DNA of 64,000 nt, taken from Gemmatimonadaceae bacterium (GTDB lineage Bacteria > Gemmatimonadota > Gemmatimonadetes > Gemmatimonadales > Gemmatimonadaceae). Both the position numbers and the translations under genes were made by a program. Below are positions 49,994-59,539 of the stretch, one piece after another (position 1 is the first letter of the stretch; every line of letters starts with the position of its first letter). A model generated the notes under the pieces. It was given only the letters and a program-made list of their open reading frames with translations, was not told the origin of the DNA and did no database searches. The stretch covers positions 64,001-128,000 of the forward strand of contig JBJMOW010000002.1 of NCBI GenBank assembly GCA_045803545.1, given 5' to 3'.

Positions 49994-50659
49994 ATGCGCG
50001 TGTTACCCGTCCTCGCAGTGACTATCAGTCTCGTTGCGACGCCTTTCGCAGTAGCACAACAACCCGCGGCGCCCGCGCCGACCAACGCTACGCCGGCGCA
50101 GCAAGCACCACGGATTCCCAGAGCCGCAGCGAGCACCCGGGCGTCGGTCGAAGTGCTGGTGGACAGTCGGTATGACTCAAAGGAGGGCGGGTGGTTTGGC
50201 GCTCTCAACCTCGCCGGGCCGGCGAAAATCTCCATCGACTACGGCCAGCCACACCTGCGTGGCCGCAATGTCATTGGCATGCCGGGTGTTGTTCCGTGGG
50301 ACAGCGCCTGGCGCACGGGCGCCAATATGGCGACGCAGTTATCTACGGAGGTCGACCTCACCATCGGAAACACCTTCATCCCGCGTGGCGTCTATACGCT
50401 CTTCTCATTCCCCACGCGCAACGGGTGGAAACTCATCGTCAGCAAGGCGGTCATGCAGTGGGGCACTGATTACGACGCGTCCAACGATTTTGCGCGCATC
50501 GATCTCCGTCAGCGCACGCTTGCCGAACCGGTCGAGAGCCTCACGTTCTGGCTGATTCCGGCGATTGAGGCACCGCCGTCGAGTACTTTCCCGCACGGCG
50601 TTCTGAAATTCGCCTGGGGCAACACGGAGCTTTCGACCGATTGGCGCGTCGGCCGTTAG
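49994..50659 (+). CDS. DUF2911 family secreted protein
   Basis: Signal peptide; IDYGQP..RGR, VPW...WRTGAN.AT, G.YTLF..P...W.LI and WG..Y motifs; AGGAG RBS. Confidence 0.85.
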   Translation: MRVLPVLAVTISLVATPFAVAQQPAAPAPTNATPAQQAPRIPRAAASTRASVEVLVDSRYDSKEGGWFGALNLAGPAKISIDYGQPHLRGRNVIGMPGVVPWDSAWRTGANMATQLSTEVDLTIGNTFIPRGVYTLFSFPTRNGWKLIVSKAVMQWGTDYDASNDFARIDLRQRTLAEPVESLTFWLIPAIEAPPSSTFPHGVLKFAWGNTELSTDWRVGR

Positions 50660-50674
50660 CCGCCATGCTGCCGT

Positions 50675-51328
50675 TCACACCAACGCGTCGTACCGTGCCG
50701 CAGCTTCGGCTCTGACCTTTCTACTGGCGCTGACGCCGAGCCGAGCGGGATTGGCCACCGGCATATAGGTAAGCTCCTTTCCTGACGCAGCGCGCTGGAG
50801 GAGCATCCCGCCGCGCGCCATGTCCCCGTGCCCGATAAACTCTTGGGGAAAGACCAGCCGCTTGCCGAAAATCGGCAGTAGCACGTCAACGTATTTTCCG
50901 CTGGCAACGCTCCCCAGCAGCACTACTTCGCACTTTGGACCGATCCGCTCGGCGATCTTCGTGGCATCACGCTCGAGCGGATAGCTGTAGCGGGAATCCT
51001 CCGCGTCGATCGCGACTGTCGCGAACCGCTCCAGATCCTTGAGCGTAATGAGGCTGCCTGGCGAATAGAGCCCGTCCGTCGGCGTGATTATCTGGATGCC
51101 CGGTGCTTTCCGCGGTGGCGGATTGGTGAACTCGCGGGCATAAGTGAGCTTGCCGCGGAAGTACAAACCGCTCAGGAAGCTGAACACATCGCCAAGCGGC
51201 GCCCCCGGCTGCTTGCGCACTCTGACGGCGATGTCGAACTCGGCCCGGTCGTTGAACAGGAGGGCAGCTCGCTTACCACCGCAGCTGGCGGGAGACAAGA
51301 GGAAGATTCGACGTTGTTGCACGGTCAT
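50675..51328 (-). CDS. Hypothetical protein
   Basis: Motif-rich ORF (FLLSPA, FSFLSGLYFRGKL.YA, VVLLGSVASGKY, GDMARGGMLL); no function recognised. Confidence 0.7.
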   Translation of the reverse strand: MTVQQRRIFLLSPASCGGKRAALLFNDRAEFDIAVRVRKQPGAPLGDVFSFLSGLYFRGKLTYAREFTNPPPRKAPGIQIITPTDGLYSPGSLITLKDLERFATVAIDAEDSRYSYPLERDATKIAERIGPKCEVVLLGSVASGKYVDVLLPIFGKRLVFPQEFIGHGDMARGGMLLQRAASGKELTYMPVANPARLGVSASRKVRAEAAARYDALV

Positions 51329-51406
51329 AATGTCAGCAAATATTTCGCCGCTCGAATGAATAGTGTCCCGGCGTGGAGAGAGTTAAACTTCAGCAGGGGG
51401 ATAACT

Positions 51407-52543
51407 ATGGCAAAGAACAGATTGGAGGAGCTTCACGGAGTCGGCCAATCGATCTGGCTGGACAGCATCGATCGGCGCATGCTCCAGAATGGTGAGCTCG
51501 ATAAGCGAATTCGCGACGATGCTCTTACTGGCATGACCTCGAATCCGACAATCTTCCAGAAAGCGCTCGCATCGAGCGATGCGTACGACGATCAGTTGAG
51601 CGAATCCGAAGAAAAGAATCTTGGCAGCTGGGAATTGTTCGAGCTGCTCGAGACGACCGACGTTCGCGATGCGTGCGACAAATTCGCGGGTGTTTTCAGT
51701 TCCTCACGTGGCAGCGACGGCTACGTCTCGATCGAAGTATCACCCGGAGTATCAAACTCAGCGGACGCAACGGTCGAAGAAGCGCTTCGACTCTGGAAGA
51801 CGGTGAACCGGCCCAACGTGATGGTGAAAGTGCCTGGAACGAAAGAAGGCGCGGTTGCTGTTCGCCGTCTCATCGCCGCTGGTGTGAACGTCAACATCAC
51901 TTTGCTCTTTGCGATCGAGGCGCACGAGCGCGTCATCGAAGCATACTTGGCCGGACTCGAGGACAGAGTAGCCGCCGGCAACCCTATCGACGGCATTGCA
52001 TCAGTGGCGAGTTTCTTCGTCAGTCGCGTTGATACAGAAGTCGACAAGCGGCTCGATGACAAAATCGCTAACGCCAGTCAGGCGGAGAAGGAGCGGCTTG
52101 TGCTGCTCAAGGGACGCGCAGCGATTGCGAACGCCAAGCTTGCCTATCGCTTGTTCCGTCAGAAGTTCTCCGGTGCGCGCTGGGATAAGCTCGCAAAACA
52201 GGGCGCGCGGCTGCAGCGACCGCTTTGGGCGAGCACCAGCACCAAGAATCCGGCGTATCGCGACGTGATGTACGTCGAGGAATTGATTGGCCCGGACACC
52301 GTCGACACGATGCCGCCCGCGACTATCGATGCGTTCCGCGATCACGGCGTCGTCGACCGGACAGTCGACAAGAAAGTTGCAGCGGCCGAGGGTGCGCTCA
52401 AGGAAATCGAAGCCGCGGGAATCTCGATCAAGGAAGTAACCGAGAAGTTGCTCGTCGATGGCATCGCGAGCTTCCAGAAATCGTTCGACGAGCTGATCGC
52501 CGGACTCGAATCAAAAATGGTATCACTGGCTGGCGGGAAGTGA
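51407..52543 (+). CDS. tal: Transaldolase
   Basis: GQSIWLD, GMTSNPTIF, VSIEVSP, VMVKVPGT, VNITLLF, ASFFVSRVD and QRPLWAST motifs. Confidence 0.96.
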   Translation: MAKNRLEELHGVGQSIWLDSIDRRMLQNGELDKRIRDDALTGMTSNPTIFQKALASSDAYDDQLSESEEKNLGSWELFELLETTDVRDACDKFAGVFSSSRGSDGYVSIEVSPGVSNSADATVEEALRLWKTVNRPNVMVKVPGTKEGAVAVRRLIAAGVNVNITLLFAIEAHERVIEAYLAGLEDRVAAGNPIDGIASVASFFVSRVDTEVDKRLDDKIANASQAEKERLVLLKGRAAIANAKLAYRLFRQKFSGARWDKLAKQGARLQRPLWASTSTKNPAYRDVMYVEELIGPDTVDTMPPATIDAFRDHGVVDRTVDKKVAAAEGALKEIEAAGISIKEVTEKLLVDGIASFQKSFDELIAGLESKMVSLAGGK

Positions 52544-53952
52544 GCGGCATCTACACACCACGCACAAAAATCGTCTGCACGCTCGGTCCGTCGACCGCGA
52601 ATGACGATGCCATTCGCGGTCTGATCGAAGCCGGCATGAACGTCGCCCGGGTAAATTTCTCTCACGGGACACACGAACAACACACCAAGACAATCGCGAT
52701 GGTGCGTCGCCTCGCTGAAGAAGCTGAAAAGCCCATCGCGATTCTCGGCGACCTTCAGGGCCCCCGCATCAGAATCGGTGATCTAGCGGCGCCGATCACA
52801 CTCAAGGTCGGCGACGATATCACGCTCATCCACGAAGGTCATGAGCGGGAAGGCGAGATTCCGGTGACCTACGATCAGCTTGCTCATGACGTCCGCGTCG
52901 GCGATCGAATTCTCGTCGACGACGGTTTGATCGAGTTGGTCGTACTGGAGGTCACCGGGGAGCGGGTGAAGGCGCGAGTTCTCAACGGGGGACCGCTCAA
53001 GAGCCACAAGGGTTTGAACCTTCCTGGCATTCAGGTCTCGGCGCCTTCGATTACCGAGAAGGATGCCGCGGACATCAAGTTCGCCGTCGAACAGCAGGTC
53101 GACTATCTCGCGCTCAGCTTCGTCCGGCGCGCCGAAGATATTGAAGGCCTCAAGAAGATGATCCCGAGCTGGCTGCTCGTGGTCGCGAAGATCGAGAAGG
53201 ATGTCGCCCTACACAACATCGAAGACATCGTGCGCGCTACCGATGCCGTGATGGTCGCTCGCGGTGACCTCGGTGTGGAGCTGCCGTTCGAGGCGGTTCC
53301 CGGGGCGCAGAAGCGAATCATTCGACTCGCAGTTCGTTATGGCCGTCCGGTAATCACCGCGACGCAGATGCTGGAGTCGATGATCGAGCATCCGCGTCCG
53401 ACGCGTGCCGAAGCGAGCGACGTTGCCAACGCCATCATGGACGGCACGGACGCCGTAATGCTGTCCGCGGAAACGGCCGCTGGTGCTTATCCTCGACTGG
53501 CGGTTGAAGCGATGACCCGCATCATCAAGGAGATCGAGACGCACCCGCCTGTCGCGCCGTTCGCTGGTGCGCAGCAGGGGAACGGCATCGTCACCACCGA
53601 AGTCGCGATCGCTGCGGCGACTGTCGCCGCCGTCGACATGCTCGCCGCGCCGCTGGTAGTCGTGTTCACCAAGAGCGGTTTCTCGTCCCGAGTCGTCGCG
53701 TCGAAACGGCCGGCGGTACCAATCCTCGCCCTCACCGACGAGCCGCGTACGTATCGTCAGCTCGCACTCGTCTGGGGCGTCGTTCCGCAGCTCGTCCCGC
53801 ACTGCGCTGACTACGATGAGATGATGGATCAGACAAAGAGCGTGGTCGTCAAACGCGAGCTCGCAACTCCGGGAGATCGTATAATCGTCACCGCCGGCGT
53901 CCCGTTCGACACGCCGGGGACCACCAATCTCCTGAAGGTGGAGACTGTCTGA
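52540..53952 (+). CDS. pyk: Pyruvate kinase
   Basis: RTKIVCTLGP, RVNFSHG, DLQGP, AKIE, MVARGDLGVE and ATQMLESM motifs; GTG at 52540. Confidence 0.97.
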   Translation: MSGIYTPRTKIVCTLGPSTANDDAIRGLIEAGMNVARVNFSHGTHEQHTKTIAMVRRLAEEAEKPIAILGDLQGPRIRIGDLAAPITLKVGDDITLIHEGHEREGEIPVTYDQLAHDVRVGDRILVDDGLIELVVLEVTGERVKARVLNGGPLKSHKGLNLPGIQVSAPSITEKDAADIKFAVEQQVDYLALSFVRRAEDIEGLKKMIPSWLLVVAKIEKDVALHNIEDIVRATDAVMVARGDLGVELPFEAVPGAQKRIIRLAVRYGRPVITATQMLESMIEHPRPTRAEASDVANAIMDGTDAVMLSAETAAGAYPRLAVEAMTRIIKEIETHPPVAPFAGAQQGNGIVTTEVAIAAATVAAVDMLAAPLVVVFTKSGFSSRVVASKRPAVPILALTDEPRTYRQLALVWGVVPQLVPHCADYDEMMDQTKSVVVKRELATPGDRIIVTAGVPFDTPGTTNLLKVETV

Positions 53953-54728
53953 AACTCACCTTTCTGGGCACGGGAACCAGCTTTGGTATCCCCCAGATCG
54001 GCTGCACGTGCGAGGTGTGCAGGTCGAGCGATCCCCGCGATAAGAGATCGCGAGTTGGCGCGCTCCTCGAGACTGATTCCGGCGCGCGGATTCTCATCGA
54101 CACACCACCCGAGCTCCGATTGCAGTTGATCAATGCCAGCGTCGATCGCGTAGATGCGATTCTCTTCACTCACGATCATGCCGATCACGTGCACGGTATC
54201 GACGACACCCGCGCGCTGTCCGATCGAAGCAAGAACCCGATCGACATGTACGGACCTCCGGACGTGATGGCGAGGCTCGCCAAACGGTTCGCGTACATTT
54301 TCGACGATTCCATCAGGGCGTTGCCCGGAACCAGCAAGCCCGAGGGCCACGCCTACGGTGTACCGCCCGGCAAAGCCTTTCGCGTCGCCGATGTCGAAGT
54401 GACCCCAATCTCGATCCCACACGGTCCTGTTTCCGTCTACGGCTATCGTATCGGCCGGCTCGGCTACATCACCGACGCGAAGTCCCTACCCGCTAAAGCC
54501 ATTGAGGCACTGAAAGGCGTCGACGTGCTCGTTCTCAACGCACTCTTCCGCACCCCCCATCCGACCCACCTGAGCGTGTCGGAGGCAGTGGACGCGGCAG
54601 CCATCGTCGGGGCGAGGGAAACCTGGCTCACGCATCTGACGCATCGCACTGCGCACGCCGATCTGGAAAAGGAGTTGCCGAAAGGAATCGCTCCGGCATT
54701 TGACGGACTGACTGTCGAAATCAATTGA
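53949..54728 (+). CDS. MBL-fold metallo-hydrolase (PhnP-like); probable CTG start
   Basis: (M)KLTFLGTGTSFGIPQIGCTCEVC.S.DPRD.R.R N-terminus, THDHADHVHG and HPTH motifs. Confidence 0.9.
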   Translation: MKLTFLGTGTSFGIPQIGCTCEVCRSSDPRDKRSRVGALLETDSGARILIDTPPELRLQLINASVDRVDAILFTHDHADHVHGIDDTRALSDRSKNPIDMYGPPDVMARLAKRFAYIFDDSIRALPGTSKPEGHAYGVPPGKAFRVADVEVTPISIPHGPVSVYGYRIGRLGYITDAKSLPAKAIEALKGVDVLVLNALFRTPHPTHLSVSEAVDAAAIVGARETWLTHLTHRTAHADLEKELPKGIAPAFDGLTVEIN

Positions 54729-54729
54729 G

Positions 54730-56106
54730 ATGACGCTGAAAATCGATTACTCCAACATGATGATCTCGGAAGGCGGGATCTCTTCCGATGCCTGGGCGAG
54801 CGCGGCCTCCAGGTTCACCAACGCAAAGTCCGGATTCGAAAAGCTGACGGCGTCTGGTGAGGTCGGTTTCACCACATTGCCGTCGAACGCGAGCTTGCTC
54901 GATCAGGTGAACCGATACGTCACCAGAGCGCGCGGCAAGTACGACGACGTCGTCGTCCTGGGCATTGGAGGTTCCGCGCTTGGGCCGATCGCGCTGCGCA
55001 CTGCGTTGCGACCGAGTGGCTGGAACATGCTCGACGACACCGCGCGCGGCGGATTCCCGCGACTGCAGGTGCTCGACAATGTTGACCCCGATACGATTGC
55101 TGCGCTGCTGGCGCGATTGAGCCTGGCGCGCACGCTTTTCATCGTGACTTCCAAATCGGGCGGCACCGCCGAGACGATGGCGCAGTTCGTCATCGTGCAC
55201 GAGCGGCTGTTGTCGGCCAGGCTCGATCTCAAAGATCATTTGGTCTTCGTCACGGACCCGAAGCAGGGTGCACTGCGTCCACTCGCTCAACGGCTGGATG
55301 TCCCCGCGCTCGACATACCGCCTAACATCGGCGGCCGTTTCAGTGTGCTGACTCCTGTGGGTACGCTGCCGGCCGCCTTGATTGGAATCGATGTAAAGGC
55401 TTTGCTGGCCGGCGCGGGCGAAATGGCTACGCGCTGCCAAGCCACGGAGCTGTCGAAGAATCCGGCCGGCGTTTATGCGATGCTGCAATGGCTCGCGGAC
55501 ACCCAGCTGGGGAAGAAGATCGCGGTATTCATGCCGTACTCGGATCCGTTGCGTGATTTCGCCGCGTGGTTCGTACAGCTTTGGGCGGAGAGCCTTGGCA
55601 AGAAGAAGAAGGACGGCACTTCGGTCGGATCAACTCCGCTCGCTGCGCTGGGCGCGACGGATCAGCACGCACAGGTGCAGCTGTTCATGGAAGGTCCCGC
55701 CGACAAGACCGTGACCTTTGTCGCGATCCGCCGCCGCGCAAGCGATGTCCGCATTCCAAAGGGCCTCGAAGACGTCAAGGAGCTTGGCTATCTCAGCGGG
55801 CACAGCCTCGGTGAGCTGATAGAAATCGAGCAGCGCGCCACGGCAGGCGCACTCGCCCGACGCGGGCGCCCCAACATGACCATTACTCTGGACCGAGTTG
55901 ATCCCACCGAAGTCGGCCAGCTGATGATGTTTCTCGAGATCGCGACCGCGTATGCTGGTCAGCTGTACGAAATCGACGCGTTCAATCAGCCTGGCGTCGA
56001 GCTCGGCAAACAGTTCGCGTACGCGCTCTTGGGTCGCCCGGGCGCCGACGAAGCGAAGAAAGAATGGGACACGCTTCCCAAACCCGACCCACGCCGGGTT
56101 GTGTGA
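54730..56106 (+). CDS. pgi: Glucose-6-phosphate isomerase
   Basis: GIGGSALG, SKSGGTAET, GGRFSVL, QLWAESLGK, DQH and FNQPGVELGK motifs. Confidence 0.96.
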   Translation: MTLKIDYSNMMISEGGISSDAWASAASRFTNAKSGFEKLTASGEVGFTTLPSNASLLDQVNRYVTRARGKYDDVVVLGIGGSALGPIALRTALRPSGWNMLDDTARGGFPRLQVLDNVDPDTIAALLARLSLARTLFIVTSKSGGTAETMAQFVIVHERLLSARLDLKDHLVFVTDPKQGALRPLAQRLDVPALDIPPNIGGRFSVLTPVGTLPAALIGIDVKALLAGAGEMATRCQATELSKNPAGVYAMLQWLADTQLGKKIAVFMPYSDPLRDFAAWFVQLWAESLGKKKKDGTSVGSTPLAALGATDQHAQVQLFMEGPADKTVTFVAIRRRASDVRIPKGLEDVKELGYLSGHSLGELIEIEQRATAGALARRGRPNMTITLDRVDPTEVGQLMMFLEIATAYAGQLYEIDAFNQPGVELGKQFAYALLGRPGADEAKKEWDTLPKPDPRRVV

Positions 56107-56143
56107 AGGGGAAAGGGGGTCGCTTCCCTCTTCCCGCTTCCCG
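56103..56143. repeat. Short inverted heptamer array (CTTCCCG), possibly terminator-like
   Basis: gtgaagg ggaaagg ... cttccct cttcccg cttcccg. Confidence 0.45.
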
Positions 56144-56159
56144 CTTAGTTTCAGCTAAC

Positions 56160-57563
56160 ATGTTCGCGAATCCATTCAACAAAGCAGTGACCGTCCTCGA
56201 CGGAAAGGTTACGGTCCACGATGAATCCGCCATTGCCAGCCCGGCGATGGACCAGCTTGCTTACACAGCGGTCTTTGGTGACCAGGACGAACGCGACGAC
56301 GCGCGCTGGCTGATCTGGGAGATCGGACAGGCGGTGGGAGTACGAGCCGCGTCGATCCACGATCTCTACAAGGCGCGCGGCAAGGGACAGTGCGGTGGTT
56401 TCACCGTGCCGGCAATGAACATTCGGGGCATGGCCTACGACACTGGCCGCTCCGTGTTTCGACAGGCGGTGAAACTCAAGGTTGGCGCGCTCATTCTGGA
56501 AATCGCGCGGTCCGAGATCGCGTACACCGATCAACGGCCCGCCGAGTATGTGAGTGTAATGCTCGCGGCCGCGATGCGCGAAGGTTTCCGCGGACCCGTG
56601 TTCATCCAGGGTGATCACTTCCAGGTCAACGCCAAGAAATTCGCGGTCGATCCCGTCACGGAAGTGAATGGCGTAAAGCAGCTGGCTCGCGAAGCGATCG
56701 CCGCCGGCTTCTACAACATCGACGTCGATACGTCGACACTGGTGGATCTGTCGAAGCCAAATCTTGAGGAGCAGCAACGCGCCAACTACGAGCAGGGCGT
56801 CGAGCTGGCGTCGACCGTCAGAGAGCTCGAGCCCGAAGGCGTCACGATCTCGATCGGTGGCGAGATCGGTGAGGTGGGCACCGAAAACTCTACAGTCGAA
56901 GAACTCGTTGCCTACATGGAAGGCTTCAACCGGACGCTGAACAAGAGGAAGCGGGGAACTGAAGGACTATCCAAGATCAGTGTCCAGTCCGGAACGACCC
57001 ACGGCGGCGTGGTGCTGGCAGACGGCAGCATTGCCGACGTGAAGATCGACTTCGACACACTGGCCAGGTTATCGAAGGTCGCACGCGAAAAATACGGACT
57101 CGCAGGCGCCGTTCAGCACGGGGCATCGACACTGCCCGATGACGCGTTCCACAACTTCCCGCGCACTGAGACCGCTGAGATCCACCTGGCGACGAACTTC
57201 CAGACCATGTTGTTCGACAACATGCCGCGCGAGCTTCGCGACGAGATCTACGAATGGCTTCGCCAGAACGCGAAGGACGAGCGGAAAGCAGGTGACAGCG
57301 ATGAGCAGTTCTTTTACAAGACGCGGAAGAAAGCCATCGGTCCGTTCAAAAAGCGAATGTGGGAATTGCCCGCCGACGTCAAAGCCAAGCTTGCGAAGGC
57401 TTATGATCAGAAATTCGCCTTTCTTTTCACTCAGCTTGCCGTCGTCAACACCCGCGAAACCGTCGATCGTTTCGTGAAGCCGGCCGACCAGCACAAGCCA
57501 CAGCCGCATCCAGACCTGGCAGTGGTCGAAGCGGCGCCGGACGACGCTGATCTGAGTGACTGA
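56160..57563 (+). CDS. fba: Class II fructose-bisphosphate aldolase family protein
   Basis: VPAMN, QGDH, GGEIGEVG, GTTHG, VQHGAS and EIHLAT motifs; glycolytic context; ATG at 56160. Confidence 0.85.
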   Translation: MFANPFNKAVTVLDGKVTVHDESAIASPAMDQLAYTAVFGDQDERDDARWLIWEIGQAVGVRAASIHDLYKARGKGQCGGFTVPAMNIRGMAYDTGRSVFRQAVKLKVGALILEIARSEIAYTDQRPAEYVSVMLAAAMREGFRGPVFIQGDHFQVNAKKFAVDPVTEVNGVKQLAREAIAAGFYNIDVDTSTLVDLSKPNLEEQQRANYEQGVELASTVRELEPEGVTISIGGEIGEVGTENSTVEELVAYMEGFNRTLNKRKRGTEGLSKISVQSGTTHGGVVLADGSIADVKIDFDTLARLSKVAREKYGLAGAVQHGASTLPDDAFHNFPRTETAEIHLATNFQTMLFDNMPRELRDEIYEWLRQNAKDERKAGDSDEQFFYKTRKKAIGPFKKRMWELPADVKAKLAKAYDQKFAFLFTQLAVVNTRETVDRFVKPADQHKPQPHPDLAVVEAAPDDADLSD

Positions 57564-57996
57564 GGCTCGTCGCGAGGCGGGCGATTCCACAGTCCTTCGC
57601 GAAATAATCCGTCGCTCCGGTCACGAGATCCGCAACGCGCTGAGCGGAGTGGCCGTGAACCTCGAAGTGGTGCGGAGCCGGTGCAGTCGCGATCCAAAAG
57701 GCGATGACGTATTGCCATTTGCGGACAGGGCTCGCCTGCAGATTCAGGCAGCAACAGTGCTCACAAACGGCCTGCTGGCGATTGTTGCTGCTGCGGTTCG
57801 AGGCCAGAACGAACAGACGCGAAAACCATCCAAGAAGTCTGGCGAGAGCGCCGAGTTGGCGTTAAATGCTGACCTGTCAGCGGTCTTTTCCGATATTCAG
57901 CAACTTGCCGGCGCCATCGGTGTTTCAATCGAACAGCGCGGCATAAACGTTATATTAAAAGTCTTGCCCGAAGGACATGGCCATTCCAAAGACTGA
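57556..57996 (+). CDS. HisKA (DHp)-domain protein with no intact ATPase domain
   Basis: GHEIRNALSGVAVNLE H-box; only 146 aa, with no N/G1/G2 boxes. Confidence 0.65.
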   Translation: MTEARREAGDSTVLREIIRRSGHEIRNALSGVAVNLEVVRSRCSRDPKGDDVLPFADRARLQIQAATVLTNGLLAIVAAAVRGQNEQTRKPSKKSGESAELALNADLSAVFSDIQQLAGAIGVSIEQRGINVILKVLPEGHGHSKD

Positions 57997-59488
57997 AATA
58001 AAGCATCCCAAGGTACTGATTGCGGATGACGATCGCTCCATCACGGAGGGTCTGAGCGCGATCCTGCGTGACGAGGGTTACGATGTGGCCATTGCGATCG
58101 ATGGTCAGAAAGCGCTCGATCAGCTCGGCGCTGAGCCTTTCGGCGTGGTGCTAGCCGATCTCAAAATGCCAAAGGTCGATGGGCTCGGTCTCCTGAAGGA
58201 GCTTCAGCAGCGCCAGATCCCGACTGAATGCATCATCGTCACGGGACAGGCGACGGTCGACTCAGCAGTGCAGGCAATGCGCGAAGGTGCCTACGACTAC
58301 ATCGAGAAGCCGCTCACCGCCGACAAGCTCAATCGTCTGAAGGCGCTGATCCCAAAAGCGCTGGAGAAGTTCAACGTTCAGCAGAAGAACCGCGAGCTGT
58401 CATCCAAGCTGGAGGGCCTCACCCATTACGGTGAGCTCACGGGGCAGTCCGAAGAGATGCGCGCGGTCTATCAAATCATCGAAGCCGTCGCGCCCTCTAA
58501 CGCGAGCGTGCTCATCTTCGGCGAATCCGGAACTGGTAAAGAGCTGGTCGCGCGTGCGGTCCACACCAAGAGCGAGCGGGCCAAGGGACCCTTCTTCGCC
58601 CTCAATTGTGCGGCGCTTCCCAAGGACATTCTCGAGAACGAGCTGTTCGGACACGAGAAAGGTGCGTTCACCGGCTCCGTAAACGAGAAGCCAGGCGCTT
58701 TCGAGATGGCGGATGGCGGAACGATCTTCCTCGACGAAGTCGCCGAGATGCCGCCGGACATCCAGGTGAAGCTGTTACGGGCCATCGAGTCCCGCAGCAT
58801 TCGCCGACTCGGCGGCAAGAAGGAGATCGAAGTCGACATCCGTATTCTCGCGGCGACCAACAAAGATCTGCAGAAGGCGCTGGCCGACAACGATCTCCGC
58901 GAGGACCTCTATTACCGCCTTGCCGTCGTCGAGCTGTTCCTCCCACCGCTGCGCGAGCGTGTTGGCGACATCAAGCTGCTGGCGACGGAGTTTCTGGCTC
59001 GCTTCGCCGAGCAGAATGGTAAGCCCCTCAACGGATTCGAGGACGCGGCGTGGGAATGGATCCTTTCGTACAACTGGCCGGGCAACGTTCGCGAGCTGAA
59101 GAACGCAGTCGAGCGTGCGGTCATCCTTGCGCATGGCGACAAGATCAAGGCGAGCGATATCATGCCGCGCCACCTGCGCCGTGGTGAAAGCTCACCCTCG
59201 ATCACTGTGCCTGCGGGCGCGACTCTGGCCGATGCCCGTCGGCAACTGGTGCTGCGCGCCTTCGCATCGACGAACGGCGATTACAGCCGCACTGCGACGA
59301 TTGTCGGAATGTCCGCCGCTGAAGTTCGCGCAGAGATTGCATCGCTGCTGAACGGAAAGCCGGAGGCAAGCGCGAGTGGCTCGAACGGTGCACACCCACC
59401 TAGGGAAGCCGGCCCGGTCGCGGGCAAGGTGGCGAAGCCGTCCAAGGCTGCGGCCCCTGCCGCGAAATCAAAGGCGAAAAAAAAATAA
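57977..59488 (+). CDS. Sigma54-dependent response regulator (NtrC/AtoC family)
   Basis: Receiver (LIADDD, DLKMP), GESGTGKE, GAFTGS, FLDE, REDLYYRL and WPGNVREL motifs. Confidence 0.95.
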   Translation: MAIPKTEIKHPKVLIADDDRSITEGLSAILRDEGYDVAIAIDGQKALDQLGAEPFGVVLADLKMPKVDGLGLLKELQQRQIPTECIIVTGQATVDSAVQAMREGAYDYIEKPLTADKLNRLKALIPKALEKFNVQQKNRELSSKLEGLTHYGELTGQSEEMRAVYQIIEAVAPSNASVLIFGESGTGKELVARAVHTKSERAKGPFFALNCAALPKDILENELFGHEKGAFTGSVNEKPGAFEMADGGTIFLDEVAEMPPDIQVKLLRAIESRSIRRLGGKKEIEVDIRILAATNKDLQKALADNDLREDLYYRLAVVELFLPPLRERVGDIKLLATEFLARFAEQNGKPLNGFEDAAWEWILSYNWPGNVRELKNAVERAVILAHGDKIKASDIMPRHLRRGESSPSITVPAGATLADARRQLVLRAFASTNGDYSRTATIVGMSAAEVRAEIASLLNGKPEASASGSNGAHPPREAGPVAGKVAKPSKAAAPAAKSKAKKK

Positions 59489-59539
59489 GCGCGTAGTAGC
59501 GCTTCGCGACACAACGGAACGCGACGGAGGACAGGTCTG

